DNA of 21,140 bases from a virus, in IMG/VR virus record IMGVR_UViG_3300016474_000800, positions 1 to 21,140 of that record. One strand, written 5' to 3'. Each line of letters starts with the position of its first letter. The first letter of the stretch is position 1. The notes under the pieces were generated by a model. That model saw only the letters and a list, made by a program, of their open reading frames with translations, had not been told where the DNA came from and did no database searches. A program made the translations under genes and the position numbers. Below are positions 7,584-15,998 of this stretch, piece by piece.

Positions 7584-10500
7584 ATGTCAACCACGTTCAC
7601 TACTAATTTACTACTAAAAATTCTTCCACAAACCACTTCAAACACATACGTGTATGGGTTGAAGTTAAACGTTGTGCCTGCTAACGTACCAAACACAGTA
7701 CAATATCCAATTACTTTACGAATAAAACCACAGGAATCTATTCCTATCAATTTATCGTATCCAATTTTACAAACTGCATATTCGTTTGTTGATAGTATTT
7801 TAGCAAACTATATTGACGAAGATCGTGAACTTAAAACGTTATTGAATTACGGGGACGATAGACAGGCCGTTATTATTTCTAGTAGATACGGTACGCCGGA
7901 CAGAAGTACATCACCCACCGTTCAGTTAAAACTGTTAAATCCAGTTCCAAATGATATTGGAACTAATACTTCGGTGTTCTTGAGTAGAGAAGTTGCTAAA
8001 ACTTTAATTGACAAGGTTCGAACAAAGTTCGCACCAGAAATAGATACGTCTTTGTATCTACGACCAAAAAACACGTTATCCAAAGCAACAACTGAACTTG
8101 GAAAAACTCTAAACAACGTCACATTAAATATTCTACAACTGCAAACCGGATCTTTTGGTAAATACGATAGTTCAAAAAATGTATCTTTTGAAGATAACAT
8201 ATACCGTCGTTGGTATTCTTACGACTTCAACTCATCAGAATTGAATATAGATTTTACTGATTATAATAATTTTGTATTTTATGGGTCGGCGGCGATGCGT
8301 CTTGCCGCATTCGCAGAAAAACTTCGACAAATTGACGTACTTACTACACAAAGTTTACAATTCGCCGGTACAGTGTTTACTGGATCACTGGCAACGGCCG
8401 GTGCAACATATGTAATGGAACAATCAGCAAAATTGGCAAAAGACAAGGAAAATATTATTCGTAGTTTTGACCGATACGAACAATATTTGTATTTTACACC
8501 ATCTGGATCAGACAGTCCATATACCGCGTCTGCATATTACACCGACACACAGGATGAATACAACAATATTGCGTATTGGCCAAAAGATTCTTCTGGTAGT
8601 TTGTATATGTTATCTAATCCTATAGCAGAAGAATGGTTTGTTACGCAGAGTGCAATTGCACAACGATTTGATGAATTTAACGTAAATAATTTAGTCAACA
8701 CAATTCCAACACATATCAGAGAAGACCAAGACTCGGACGCATATATCACGTTTGTTGCGATGATAGGACACTTTTTTGATACAATTAAACCATATGTTGA
8801 TCAGTTTCCTCAAATATATGACCGATATATCAATCCAAATACAAATTTGTCTAAGGATCTTGTATCTGACATCGCCGAATCACTAGGGTTTACCTTACCA
8901 ACCATAAACTCACTATACAGTTTAAGTGATGATGTAATTGGTACGACCTCGGAAATTCCTCGTAGAGATTATACTGTACAAACTTACAAGCGAATTTTAC
9001 ACAACCTGCCTTTGTTTGCAAAAACAAAGGGTACCCGCACTGCATTGGTAACATTCTTAAAAACACTAGGACTAACAGAACAAATTATCAATGTTCGTGA
9101 ATCTGGTTTAGCAGAAACTGGATCACTGTATGTTTTTGATGAATTTTCATCCGGTATTAAGTTTACCGGAACACCATTAACTTTTATCAAGTTACCTATT
9201 ACCGATTCAAATCGAACACCGGCGCCACGATCCCTACAACTTAACATGACTTTGGCAGAAGCTAAAAACATGACGGTCTTGACCGGTGATCAAAATTGGG
9301 CACTACACGTAAAGGTGCATCCTACTATATCAACTTTGGGGCGATTTGAATTAACATCTGGTAGCACACAAACACTAGTACTGTCGAGTAGTTACCAACC
9401 AATCTTTACAGACGATTTACTCAACGTTTCTATTAGAACATATCCTACTGGATCTACGTCAACGTTGTTTGTAGCACAAACAGTAGGTGAGGATATTATA
9501 TTTACCTCATCTATGTCTGAAACTGGTAAACTGGTTCCAATGTGGTCATCAAGTAAAAATGTATATGTAGGCGGTTCTGGATCACTTATTGTTGATTACT
9601 TTAAAGGAACGGTTGACGAAGTTCGCCTTTGGGGAACCAATCTTTCAAACGAAGTTACCTTAAATTCTGCGTTTGATCCGGGGTCAAATGCGGGAGATAC
9701 GTTTAGTGATGCGGTTGATTATCTATATGTTCAACTGTCATTTGATAAAATTGTCACTGCGAGCTTGCCTTCTTATCTGATTAACGAGTCACCGTATAAG
9801 TTTGTAGATGGATCTCCGTCACTTGAAACTATTGAAATTGCGGGTATAACCCTACCGTCATTCACCAGATATAGTAGACAGGTACGTCAAATACTTCCAA
9901 GTACATCAACAAATACGTACGTTACAAGAAAAATAAAAATTGCACCGCCGGCGCAATTTACAATTGACAGTATAACCCCATCAGGTGTCAAACAATTATC
10001 TCGTACACGTTCTATAGTACGACCACAACAAAAACCAGTTCAACTAGGAAGAAATAAGGTAATCATATCAACCTCTCCGACTGAAATTGTAAACCAAAAT
10101 ATTATCAGAAACTTAGGTTTAGAAAACATCAATTCTATATTGGCAGCGCCAAGTGATTTGTACAACACTCTTAATACAAATCTCACTGCGTTGAAAAAGT
10201 ATTACTCACAATATTATTATGTTTCTGTTGATTTTAACAAGTATATTCGTATCTTGTCTGAAGTCAATTCAATTTTAAACCAAGTAGTTGGATATTTCAT
10301 TCCCTCAAAAGCTACGGTGTTACAAGGTATTGTTATTGAACCAAACATACTTGAACGCGTAAATATTCCGCCGTTGAAGGCACTTCGGTTGTATGGAAAG
10401 AACGCCAGAAAGACACTAAACGCGCCTGGGTCGTTAACTGGAAGTCGAGCCGACTTTGCTGCAACATATAACGTGGTTGGAAAAATTGATACAAATGTGT

Positions 10501-12221
10501 CAAGTTTATCTGGTAGTTATTCTACGTATACGGTCAATCTCAAAAATAACAACTCTGCCTCTTTAGAAGCATCCGTACCTGTCTATTCTGCAAGTATAGA
10601 AGGGGTACCCGTTAATTCTCCATTAACATCAAGTTATGCAACATATGCGTCGATGTTAGAAGTTGGACCGTTGGGAATTTTGATCGCTAGTTCTAGTGCA
10701 TACGGTGGTACAATTGAAAGAAATGCACAAATTCGCATAATAGGCTCTGCTAGTTATTTTACCGCATCAATAGATAATATTATTGATGCACCATCGGCTC
10801 AGTATGTTACGTACGATTTACAACATTTAGATTGGTTGGAATACAGAAACATTAGTAATTCATTTGTGCCGGGAACTACACAATATGTGTCTAACTCGTT
10901 CATGCCCCACCCAAGAGCAACAATTAACATGCACTTGGATAACATGAACAAGTTTCCATTTAATTCTGAAAATCGTGGTAGTCCGAACGCAGAACCATAC
11001 AACAGAGTATACGCTAGAAAATTATACGATTACGAAATAGATACCATCAAATCAATAGCAACAAGTGGAATAAATATTAATGCACTATATGAAATTCCAC
11101 CCAGTGCCGATTTTGATGATATCGGAACATACACATACTTTAACAGCCCGTCAGGATTGTATTATTTTCCTGAATTAACGTATACTCCACGGTTTCCACG
11201 TCAACTAAATCAAACATGGAATGGGGAATACTTTGTTGGTGCAACTACGTGGTCATATGGACAACGATACAATTATAATGATGTTGTGTATCAAAGTGTT
11301 GATAACACATATACGGTGTTGGGGTCAATAACCGCATCCTCTGTCGCAGGAAACGGACAGTATTATGTATTCAATACTCGACCGGCATACGTTCCGCCTT
11401 CGGATGGAACGTCCTTCTATTCCGGCAGTGTACCTACGTACATTCCTCCTTCTCTTGATAGAGTAAATTGGCAACGATTACGGTTTAGACCAACCGAAAC
11501 GAGAGTAGCAAAAAGAACAGTATTTGATACATTTGTAGTACCAGATCCGTCGTTGAATAATTTCAAAATTACAATACTCGATAAAGATAAAGTTGTTGAT
11601 ATTCCAACGCGATATGTAGACTTTGTCACGGTTGGTAATATTGAAAGTGGATCATATGTTTCTGGAGAAATCTCATTACAAAATATTGCAATCTTGTTTG
11701 CACTCCAAACAAATAGTCCAAACATTCGGGTCAGATTGTATAGAACACTTGAAAGTAGAAATGCAGATCTTTCACGGTTGATAACACAAAAACCAGAACC
11801 AGACGCTGGAGTACTACTCGACACAGAAATTACCAACAATAATCAAGTTGATAGAATCAATCCGTTTGTATCATTAATCGCAGACAGTAATCCTCCTCTG
11901 GGAAAAATTTTCTATACCATCAACAACAACACTTCTACTCCAAAATTAAATACAACACTTGGGTTGTACTACTTTGCGGTTGAGGTTGAACCAAGAATAC
12001 CATCTGGGTATTTGAGAAAACACTATAGATTTTTCAGAGACAATTCTACCGCAACAAAACGCAGAAATTATGAAGGATGTAAGAATACAGTAGACACTAC
12101 GATAGATGGGTTGTCTCCAGTTCAAATCTTTGTCGGTGAAGGTACTTCGCTCGTTATTGCACCAACACAAACAAACAACGAATTGGTAACTGGCGGTGGT
12201 GGAGTACTTGATGTTATGTAA
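7584..12221 (+). CDS. large baseplate wedge protein (P2 gpI / T4 gp7-like core, LamG-like domain)
   Basis: 1545 aa. IPTHIRE...IAESLGF...ILHNLPLFAKTKGTRTAL (KGT near 9021-9035) resembles the tail protein I core. VYVGG...FKGTVDEVRLW (about 9560-9635) is a LamG/ConA-like signature. Confidence 0.7.
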   Translation: MSTTFTTNLLLKILPQTTSNTYVYGLKLNVVPANVPNTVQYPITLRIKPQESIPINLSYPILQTAYSFVDSILANYIDEDRELKTLLNYGDDRQAVIISSRYGTPDRSTSPTVQLKLLNPVPNDIGTNTSVFLSREVAKTLIDKVRTKFAPEIDTSLYLRPKNTLSKATTELGKTLNNVTLNILQLQTGSFGKYDSSKNVSFEDNIYRRWYSYDFNSSELNIDFTDYNNFVFYGSAAMRLAAFAEKLRQIDVLTTQSLQFAGTVFTGSLATAGATYVMEQSAKLAKDKENIIRSFDRYEQYLYFTPSGSDSPYTASAYYTDTQDEYNNIAYWPKDSSGSLYMLSNPIAEEWFVTQSAIAQRFDEFNVNNLVNTIPTHIREDQDSDAYITFVAMIGHFFDTIKPYVDQFPQIYDRYINPNTNLSKDLVSDIAESLGFTLPTINSLYSLSDDVIGTTSEIPRRDYTVQTYKRILHNLPLFAKTKGTRTALVTFLKTLGLTEQIINVRESGLAETGSLYVFDEFSSGIKFTGTPLTFIKLPITDSNRTPAPRSLQLNMTLAEAKNMTVLTGDQNWALHVKVHPTISTLGRFELTSGSTQTLVLSSSYQPIFTDDLLNVSIRTYPTGSTSTLFVAQTVGEDIIFTSSMSETGKLVPMWSSSKNVYVGGSGSLIVDYFKGTVDEVRLWGTNLSNEVTLNSAFDPGSNAGDTFSDAVDYLYVQLSFDKIVTASLPSYLINESPYKFVDGSPSLETIEIAGITLPSFTRYSRQVRQILPSTSTNTYVTRKIKIAPPAQFTIDSITPSGVKQLSRTRSIVRPQQKPVQLGRNKVIISTSPTEIVNQNIIRNLGLENINSILAAPSDLYNTLNTNLTALKKYYSQYYYVSVDFNKYIRILSEVNSILNQVVGYFIPSKATVLQGIVIEPNILERVNIPPLKALRLYGKNARKTLNAPGSLTGSRADFAATYNVVGKIDTNVSSLSGSYSTYTVNLKNNNSASLEASVPVYSASIEGVPVNSPLTSSYATYASMLEVGPLGILIASSSAYGGTIERNAQIRIIGSASYFTASIDNIIDAPSAQYVTYDLQHLDWLEYRNISNSFVPGTTQYVSNSFMPHPRATINMHLDNMNKFPFNSENRGSPNAEPYNRVYARKLYDYEIDTIKSIATSGININALYEIPPSADFDDIGTYTYFNSPSGLYYFPELTYTPRFPRQLNQTWNGEYFVGATTWSYGQRYNYNDVVYQSVDNTYTVLGSITASSVAGNGQYYVFNTRPAYVPPSDGTSFYSGSVPTYIPPSLDRVNWQRLRFRPTETRVAKRTVFDTFVVPDPSLNNFKITILDKDKVVDIPTRYVDFVTVGNIESGSYVSGEISLQNIAILFALQTNSPNIRVRLYRTLESRNADLSRLITQKPEPDAGVLLDTEITNNNQVDRINPFVSLIADSNPPLGKIFYTINNNTSTPKLNTTLGLYYFAVEVEPRIPSGYLRKHYRFFRDNSTATKRRNYEGCKNTVDTTIDGLSPVQIFVGEGTSLVIAPTQTNNELVTGGGGVLDVM

Positions 12222-12238
12222 TAAAACAAATCAACAAC

Positions 12239-12247
12239 ATATTTATA
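12239..12247 (+). promoter_or_regulatory. candidate phage late promoter element ATATTTATA
   Basis: Located in the longest intergenic gap (12222-12272), upstream of a GGAG SD. ATATTTAT also occurs at 15054-15061 ahead of the 15093 gene. Function is inferred. Confidence 0.4.
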
Positions 12248-12272
12248 CTAAGACCAACACGGAGTTAACATT

Positions 12273-12935
12273 ATGGGATATTTAAACAAGGAAACAGTCA
12301 CAGTTGATGCTATTCTAACAAAAAAGGGTAGAGAACTGTTGGCAAGTGGCCAATCGGCGTTTCAAATTACACAATTCGCAGTGGCGGATGATGAAATTGA
12401 TTATGGACTATATGATCCTGCACATCCATTAGGTACTGAGTACTATGGGTCTGCCATCGAAAATATGCCAATCATTGAAGCATCACCCGATGAAACACAA
12501 AATCTACGATACAAGTTGGTAACTCTTGACCGAAACATTATTGGTACGGTCAATGTTATTCCTACCGTATCAATTGGTGGTATTACTAGCTTAAACCTTA
12601 CCGCAGGTCGAAATGAAGTTAGCACAATTACACCAACAACTACTGCAACTCAAGATTTCGTGTTTGACGCAGCTCCATATGGATATACCGCGATCTTGTA
12701 TGATCAAACAGCAGTAACGGTAACTGCCACACCAATCGCCGGCGCAGCTGCGGCGTCAACAACTCCGTTTTTTGCTAATACTCTATCTGGAAACGCATAC
12801 GTTATTCAAGGAGTATCATTTACTATTACACCAAATAACGTGGACACGATCACAAATACTCAGTTAACGATAGTCGGTAATCAATCGGGCGCAACGGTTA
12901 CCATACCGATTACGGTAAACCCATCTACAACATAA
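12273..12935 (+). CDS. baseplate/tail-collar-like protein with C-terminal Ig-like segment
   Basis: 220 aa with a GGAG SD. The N-terminal DAILTKKGRELLA...ITQFAVADD resembles the start of tail-collar fibre domains. It ends in TQLTIVGNQSGATVTIPITVNP. Confidence 0.65.
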   Translation: MGYLNKETVTVDAILTKKGRELLASGQSAFQITQFAVADDEIDYGLYDPAHPLGTEYYGSAIENMPIIEASPDETQNLRYKLVTLDRNIIGTVNVIPTVSIGGITSLNLTAGRNEVSTITPTTTATQDFVFDAAPYGYTAILYDQTAVTVTATPIAGAAAASTTPFFANTLSGNAYVIQGVSFTITPNNVDTITNTQLTIVGNQSGATVTIPITVNPSTT

Positions 12936-12947
12936 GAGAGATAATAC

Positions 12948-14147
12948 ATGATTTATACAAGATTTAATCCAGATGACATTGTACTTGCAAATCAATCAGT
13001 GGTTACTACGGGGTTGTGGTCAGGGGATACTGGATCGTTAGAAGGGGATGTATTGTTTTTAAATGACGATCAAGTTGGTAAAAGTGGAGAATATTACTTT
13101 GACGCATACAATCTAAATCCAGCCACAAATGATTTAGCCGAAGTGCAATTTGCTATTGCATACGGACACATCAATGGAGGCGGTGCGCCAACGTTGACAG
13201 AAAACGAACAAGCAAAGTTACCAACAAAGGCGGTATACAGTCAATACAGAAATTTACTGTTAGATCCCGCTGACACAAAGTTTTCATTTCAAGGTGTACA
13301 ATCTGATCATATTTATGTCATCAATATCCAACGTTCTCGTATTAGAGAACAATTTGATCCGGGTAACTGGCAACTACCACTGTCCGGTGCAAATGGAACA
13401 TTAACATTCATTGATGATAGTAACCAAACACTTGGTGCGTTGACGGCAAATAGTCGTGCCGGCCGTGTATTCAATGTAGTATCTGGATCTATTACAAGTA
13501 CGTCGGGATCGGTAACTTCGTCTACCAACGCTAAGACTTGGGGTGTAGACGGACCCGGATATGGGTTAGTATACCCAGATCTAGGTATTATCGTATTGAA
13601 TCCACAAGCAATATGTCCCGCGGTTGGATTTTATACCTCGGGTTCGGGCCCAACAACTGCAATTGGTACGGTTACTGGATCAAACATGGTCGCAAGTCAA
13701 ACAACACCACTTTATACGTCAACAAACGTATTAACTCTTGATTCTGCATTGAACCGTCCGTTTGCACCACTAACCGCATCATTGACACAAGCAAACTGGA
13801 GTAATGGTAAGGCTGCATATAATCAAGCAGGATTATTTACCGCATTACGTAATGCGATGTTAAGTAACAATGAGTTTAGAGCACGTTCGGCGGAAACGGT
13901 GTCGTCAATGCATTTCTACGTTAGACTGCGAAACCGCGAGTATAATTACTCAAACAACCCAACATTCCGTGATCCAGACAACAACACGTTAATTCAGGCA
14001 GATTTCAAGAAAGATCCTCGCGTGTACATTACTACGATTGGATTACTCAATGACCGTAACGAACTACTGGCAGTCGCCAAGTTAAGTAAACCTGTTCCTA
14101 AGAGTTTTTCAGAAGAAGCGTTAATAAAAGTTCGATTAGACTTTTAA
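12948..14147 (+). CDS. baseplate/tail-associated structural protein (paralog 1)
   Basis: 399 aa. The C-terminal VYITTIGLLNDRNELLAVAKLSKP resembles the end of tail-collar domains. Confidence 0.7.
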   Translation: MIYTRFNPDDIVLANQSVVTTGLWSGDTGSLEGDVLFLNDDQVGKSGEYYFDAYNLNPATNDLAEVQFAIAYGHINGGGAPTLTENEQAKLPTKAVYSQYRNLLLDPADTKFSFQGVQSDHIYVINIQRSRIREQFDPGNWQLPLSGANGTLTFIDDSNQTLGALTANSRAGRVFNVVSGSITSTSGSVTSSTNAKTWGVDGPGYGLVYPDLGIIVLNPQAICPAVGFYTSGSGPTTAIGTVTGSNMVASQTTPLYTSTNVLTLDSALNRPFAPLTASLTQANWSNGKAAYNQAGLFTALRNAMLSNNEFRARSAETVSSMHFYVRLRNREYNYSNNPTFRDPDNNTLIQADFKKDPRVYITTIGLLNDRNELLAVAKLSKPVPKSFSEEALIKVRLDF

Positions 14148-14171
14148 TACGGAGTAAACTCTTAAGATACG

Positions 14172-15080
14172 ATGAAAACTTTTGGAGTAGTTCGACCAAG
14201 CGATTATACCATAGAAACAGTTTACGCCAGTGCGCCCATAAGTTGGGAATTAGTATCGTCGTCAATTGGTTCAACGGTGACTGTATCTGATTACGTCGGA
14301 GCAGTCACCGTTAATCGCGCGAATAATAATAGTCTCAGTACGGCCAGTAACGTGGATACGGGGTATTTTGAATACAACCTGTATGCCTCGGTAAATCATT
14401 TGTTTTATACAAATGGATTGTTTTACAGTGGTTCTCGGTTAGTATCATATAGTCTTACACCATTGCAAAATCAATCATATGTGATTAGTATTGGTCAATT
14501 ATTTTACGGAGATAGAATTAAACCCGCATCTTTCGAACTATCATTAGACGCATTATCGACAGTTCTTAAGGATGATGGATATGGTAATTTATATGTAAGT
14601 CAGTCGGGCACCGGATCGTACGTGGGCAACATTTTTTACAGTCAGGGTATTGCAGTTGTAAAGGAAGATTCTGGATCTGCAATTGCCAGCGTAGGTTCGT
14701 CGGGTATCAAAATAGTTAACGGAACTGAGATATACGTTGACTATAATAGTGATGTGAAGTTGAACAAACATCAAATAAACATAAAGATACCGCCATCGGA
14801 ATTTAATTTTTCCATGTTAAATCGTTCAATGCGGCAATACTACGTACCAACCGCATCGGTTGCGCAAACGTTCATTAATAAAAATATTCCGAGTAAGAAT
14901 AATACAAATGTTTCGTGGAGTTTATACAGTTTGATGAGTGCAGATGTCATTAAACCATACATCACTGAAATTGGACTGTATAACTCACAGTACGAGTTGT
15001 TAGCAATTGCTAAATTAAGTACACCGATTCAACGAAGTTCCGACATTGAACAGATATTTATTGTTAGGTTTGATACCTAA
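14172..15080 (+). CDS. baseplate/tail-associated structural protein (paralog 2)
   Basis: 302 aa. The C-terminal PYITEIGLYNSQYELLAIAKLSTP aligns with the preceding gene. Also contains an internal LKDDGYGNL motif. Confidence 0.7.
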   Translation: MKTFGVVRPSDYTIETVYASAPISWELVSSSIGSTVTVSDYVGAVTVNRANNNSLSTASNVDTGYFEYNLYASVNHLFYTNGLFYSGSRLVSYSLTPLQNQSYVISIGQLFYGDRIKPASFELSLDALSTVLKDDGYGNLYVSQSGTGSYVGNIFYSQGIAVVKEDSGSAIASVGSSGIKIVNGTEIYVDYNSDVKLNKHQINIKIPPSEFNFSMLNRSMRQYYVPTASVAQTFINKNIPSKNNTNVSWSLYSLMSADVIKPYITEIGLYNSQYELLAIAKLSTPIQRSSDIEQIFIVRFDT

Positions 15081-15092
15081 CTGGAGAATTAT

Positions 15093-15590
15093 ATGGATTT
15101 ATTAGAGCGTTATCTGAAGTCACCCGATACCACTTATGTCGGTAAGGTGCGAACAACTCAAGTTGGAGTTGATTCTTCTGGAAAAGATATAACCTCATTA
15201 AAACGAGGGGTAAACTTTTTTGACGGTGTGGGCAGAGCACCGGGGAACCCGGCGCCGGATGAATATCAGACTGAGTTTCAACGTAATGCGCCAGGTGATT
15301 TTCGTTATGGCGCCGGTGATAAGGTACCCGCTGGAACCAATGACAAGTCATATCCGTTAAGTAGATGGTTGTCAACAGCATTGGACAAGGCATTTGGTCC
15401 AACTGGATATATTACAAACACACGATTCACCACGATTGGTGACGTGCGTAATGCACCAAATACGTTAGTACACAAGTATGCACCCCTACCCGGCAGGGAA
15501 TTCAAACAGTCTCCAATTCTTTCACAACTCTCCAAGTCAAAAATTATTGGAAGTCCATCAGGCCCCGCACCATCTGGGTTGCAGGGATAA
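15093..15590 (+). CDS. hypothetical protein
   Basis: 165 aa, Gly/Pro-rich, with a GGAG SD at 15083-15086. No family recognised. Confidence 0.75.
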   Translation: MDLLERYLKSPDTTYVGKVRTTQVGVDSSGKDITSLKRGVNFFDGVGRAPGNPAPDEYQTEFQRNAPGDFRYGAGDKVPAGTNDKSYPLSRWLSTALDKAFGPTGYITNTRFTTIGDVRNAPNTLVHKYAPLPGREFKQSPILSQLSKSKIIGSPSGPAPSGLQG

Positions 15591-15611
15591 CATTGTATAA
15601 AATGGTTATAT

Positions 15612-15977
15612 ATGGCAAATACACCAAGTAGTCGCAAAGCTAAAGGACGTAAGTTACAACAGAAAATACGCGACAGTATTCTGGAACACTTTCCACATCT
15701 CCACCCAGATGACGTAGTTTCTACACAAATGGGTGGAGCGGGAGCTGATATTCAGTTATCACCTCACGCTAGGAAAGTGTTTCCGTATTCTGTAGAATGT
15801 AAGTGTCAAGAAAAAATGAATATTTGGTCATCATTGGAACAGGCCGAAAAAAATACTAAACCAGAAACGTATCCTATATTATTTTTTAAGAGAAATCGTT
15901 CAAAAACATATGTTACGTTAACCGCCGATCACTTTTTTGAGTTGATGCAACGACTTTCGGCTATTGACAAGACATAA
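15612..15977 (+). CDS. Holliday junction resolvase-like PD-(D/E)xK endonuclease
   Basis: 121 aa. SRKAKGRKLQ...GADIQL...YSVECK and PILFFKRNRS follow the Hjc-like phage resolvase pattern. Confidence 0.8.
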   Translation: MANTPSSRKAKGRKLQQKIRDSILEHFPHLHPDDVVSTQMGGAGADIQLSPHARKVFPYSVECKCQEKMNIWSSLEQAEKNTKPETYPILFFKRNRSKTYVTLTADHFFELMQRLSAIDKT

Positions 15978-15992
15978 CATATTGGGTATATT
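15964..15992 (+). promoter_or_regulatory. sigma70-type promoter TTGACA-N17-TATATT
   Basis: Perfect -35 at 15964-15969, a 17-nt spacer, and a -10 TATATT (5/6 match) at 15987-15992, directly before the primase ATG. Confidence 0.8.
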
Positions 15993-15998
15993 GTAAGT

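Noticed and set aside
14148-14171. Structured RBS or hairpin (GGAGTAAACTC, TCTTAAGA) before ORF 14172, where GGAG is 17 nt from the ATG
   Set aside because: The stems are only 3-4 bp with very small loops, too weak to call.
1-15080. Bacterial contractile injection system or tailocin rather than a phage
   Set aside because: The contiguous primase, resolvase and gp46/47-like genes and the T4-like gp6 indicate a replicating phage genome.
15579-15611. Promoter upstream of the resolvase (TTGCAG...TATAAAAT)
   Set aside because: The spacer is only 11-13 nt, the extended -10 TG is misplaced, and it does not match TATAAATA. It cannot be supported.
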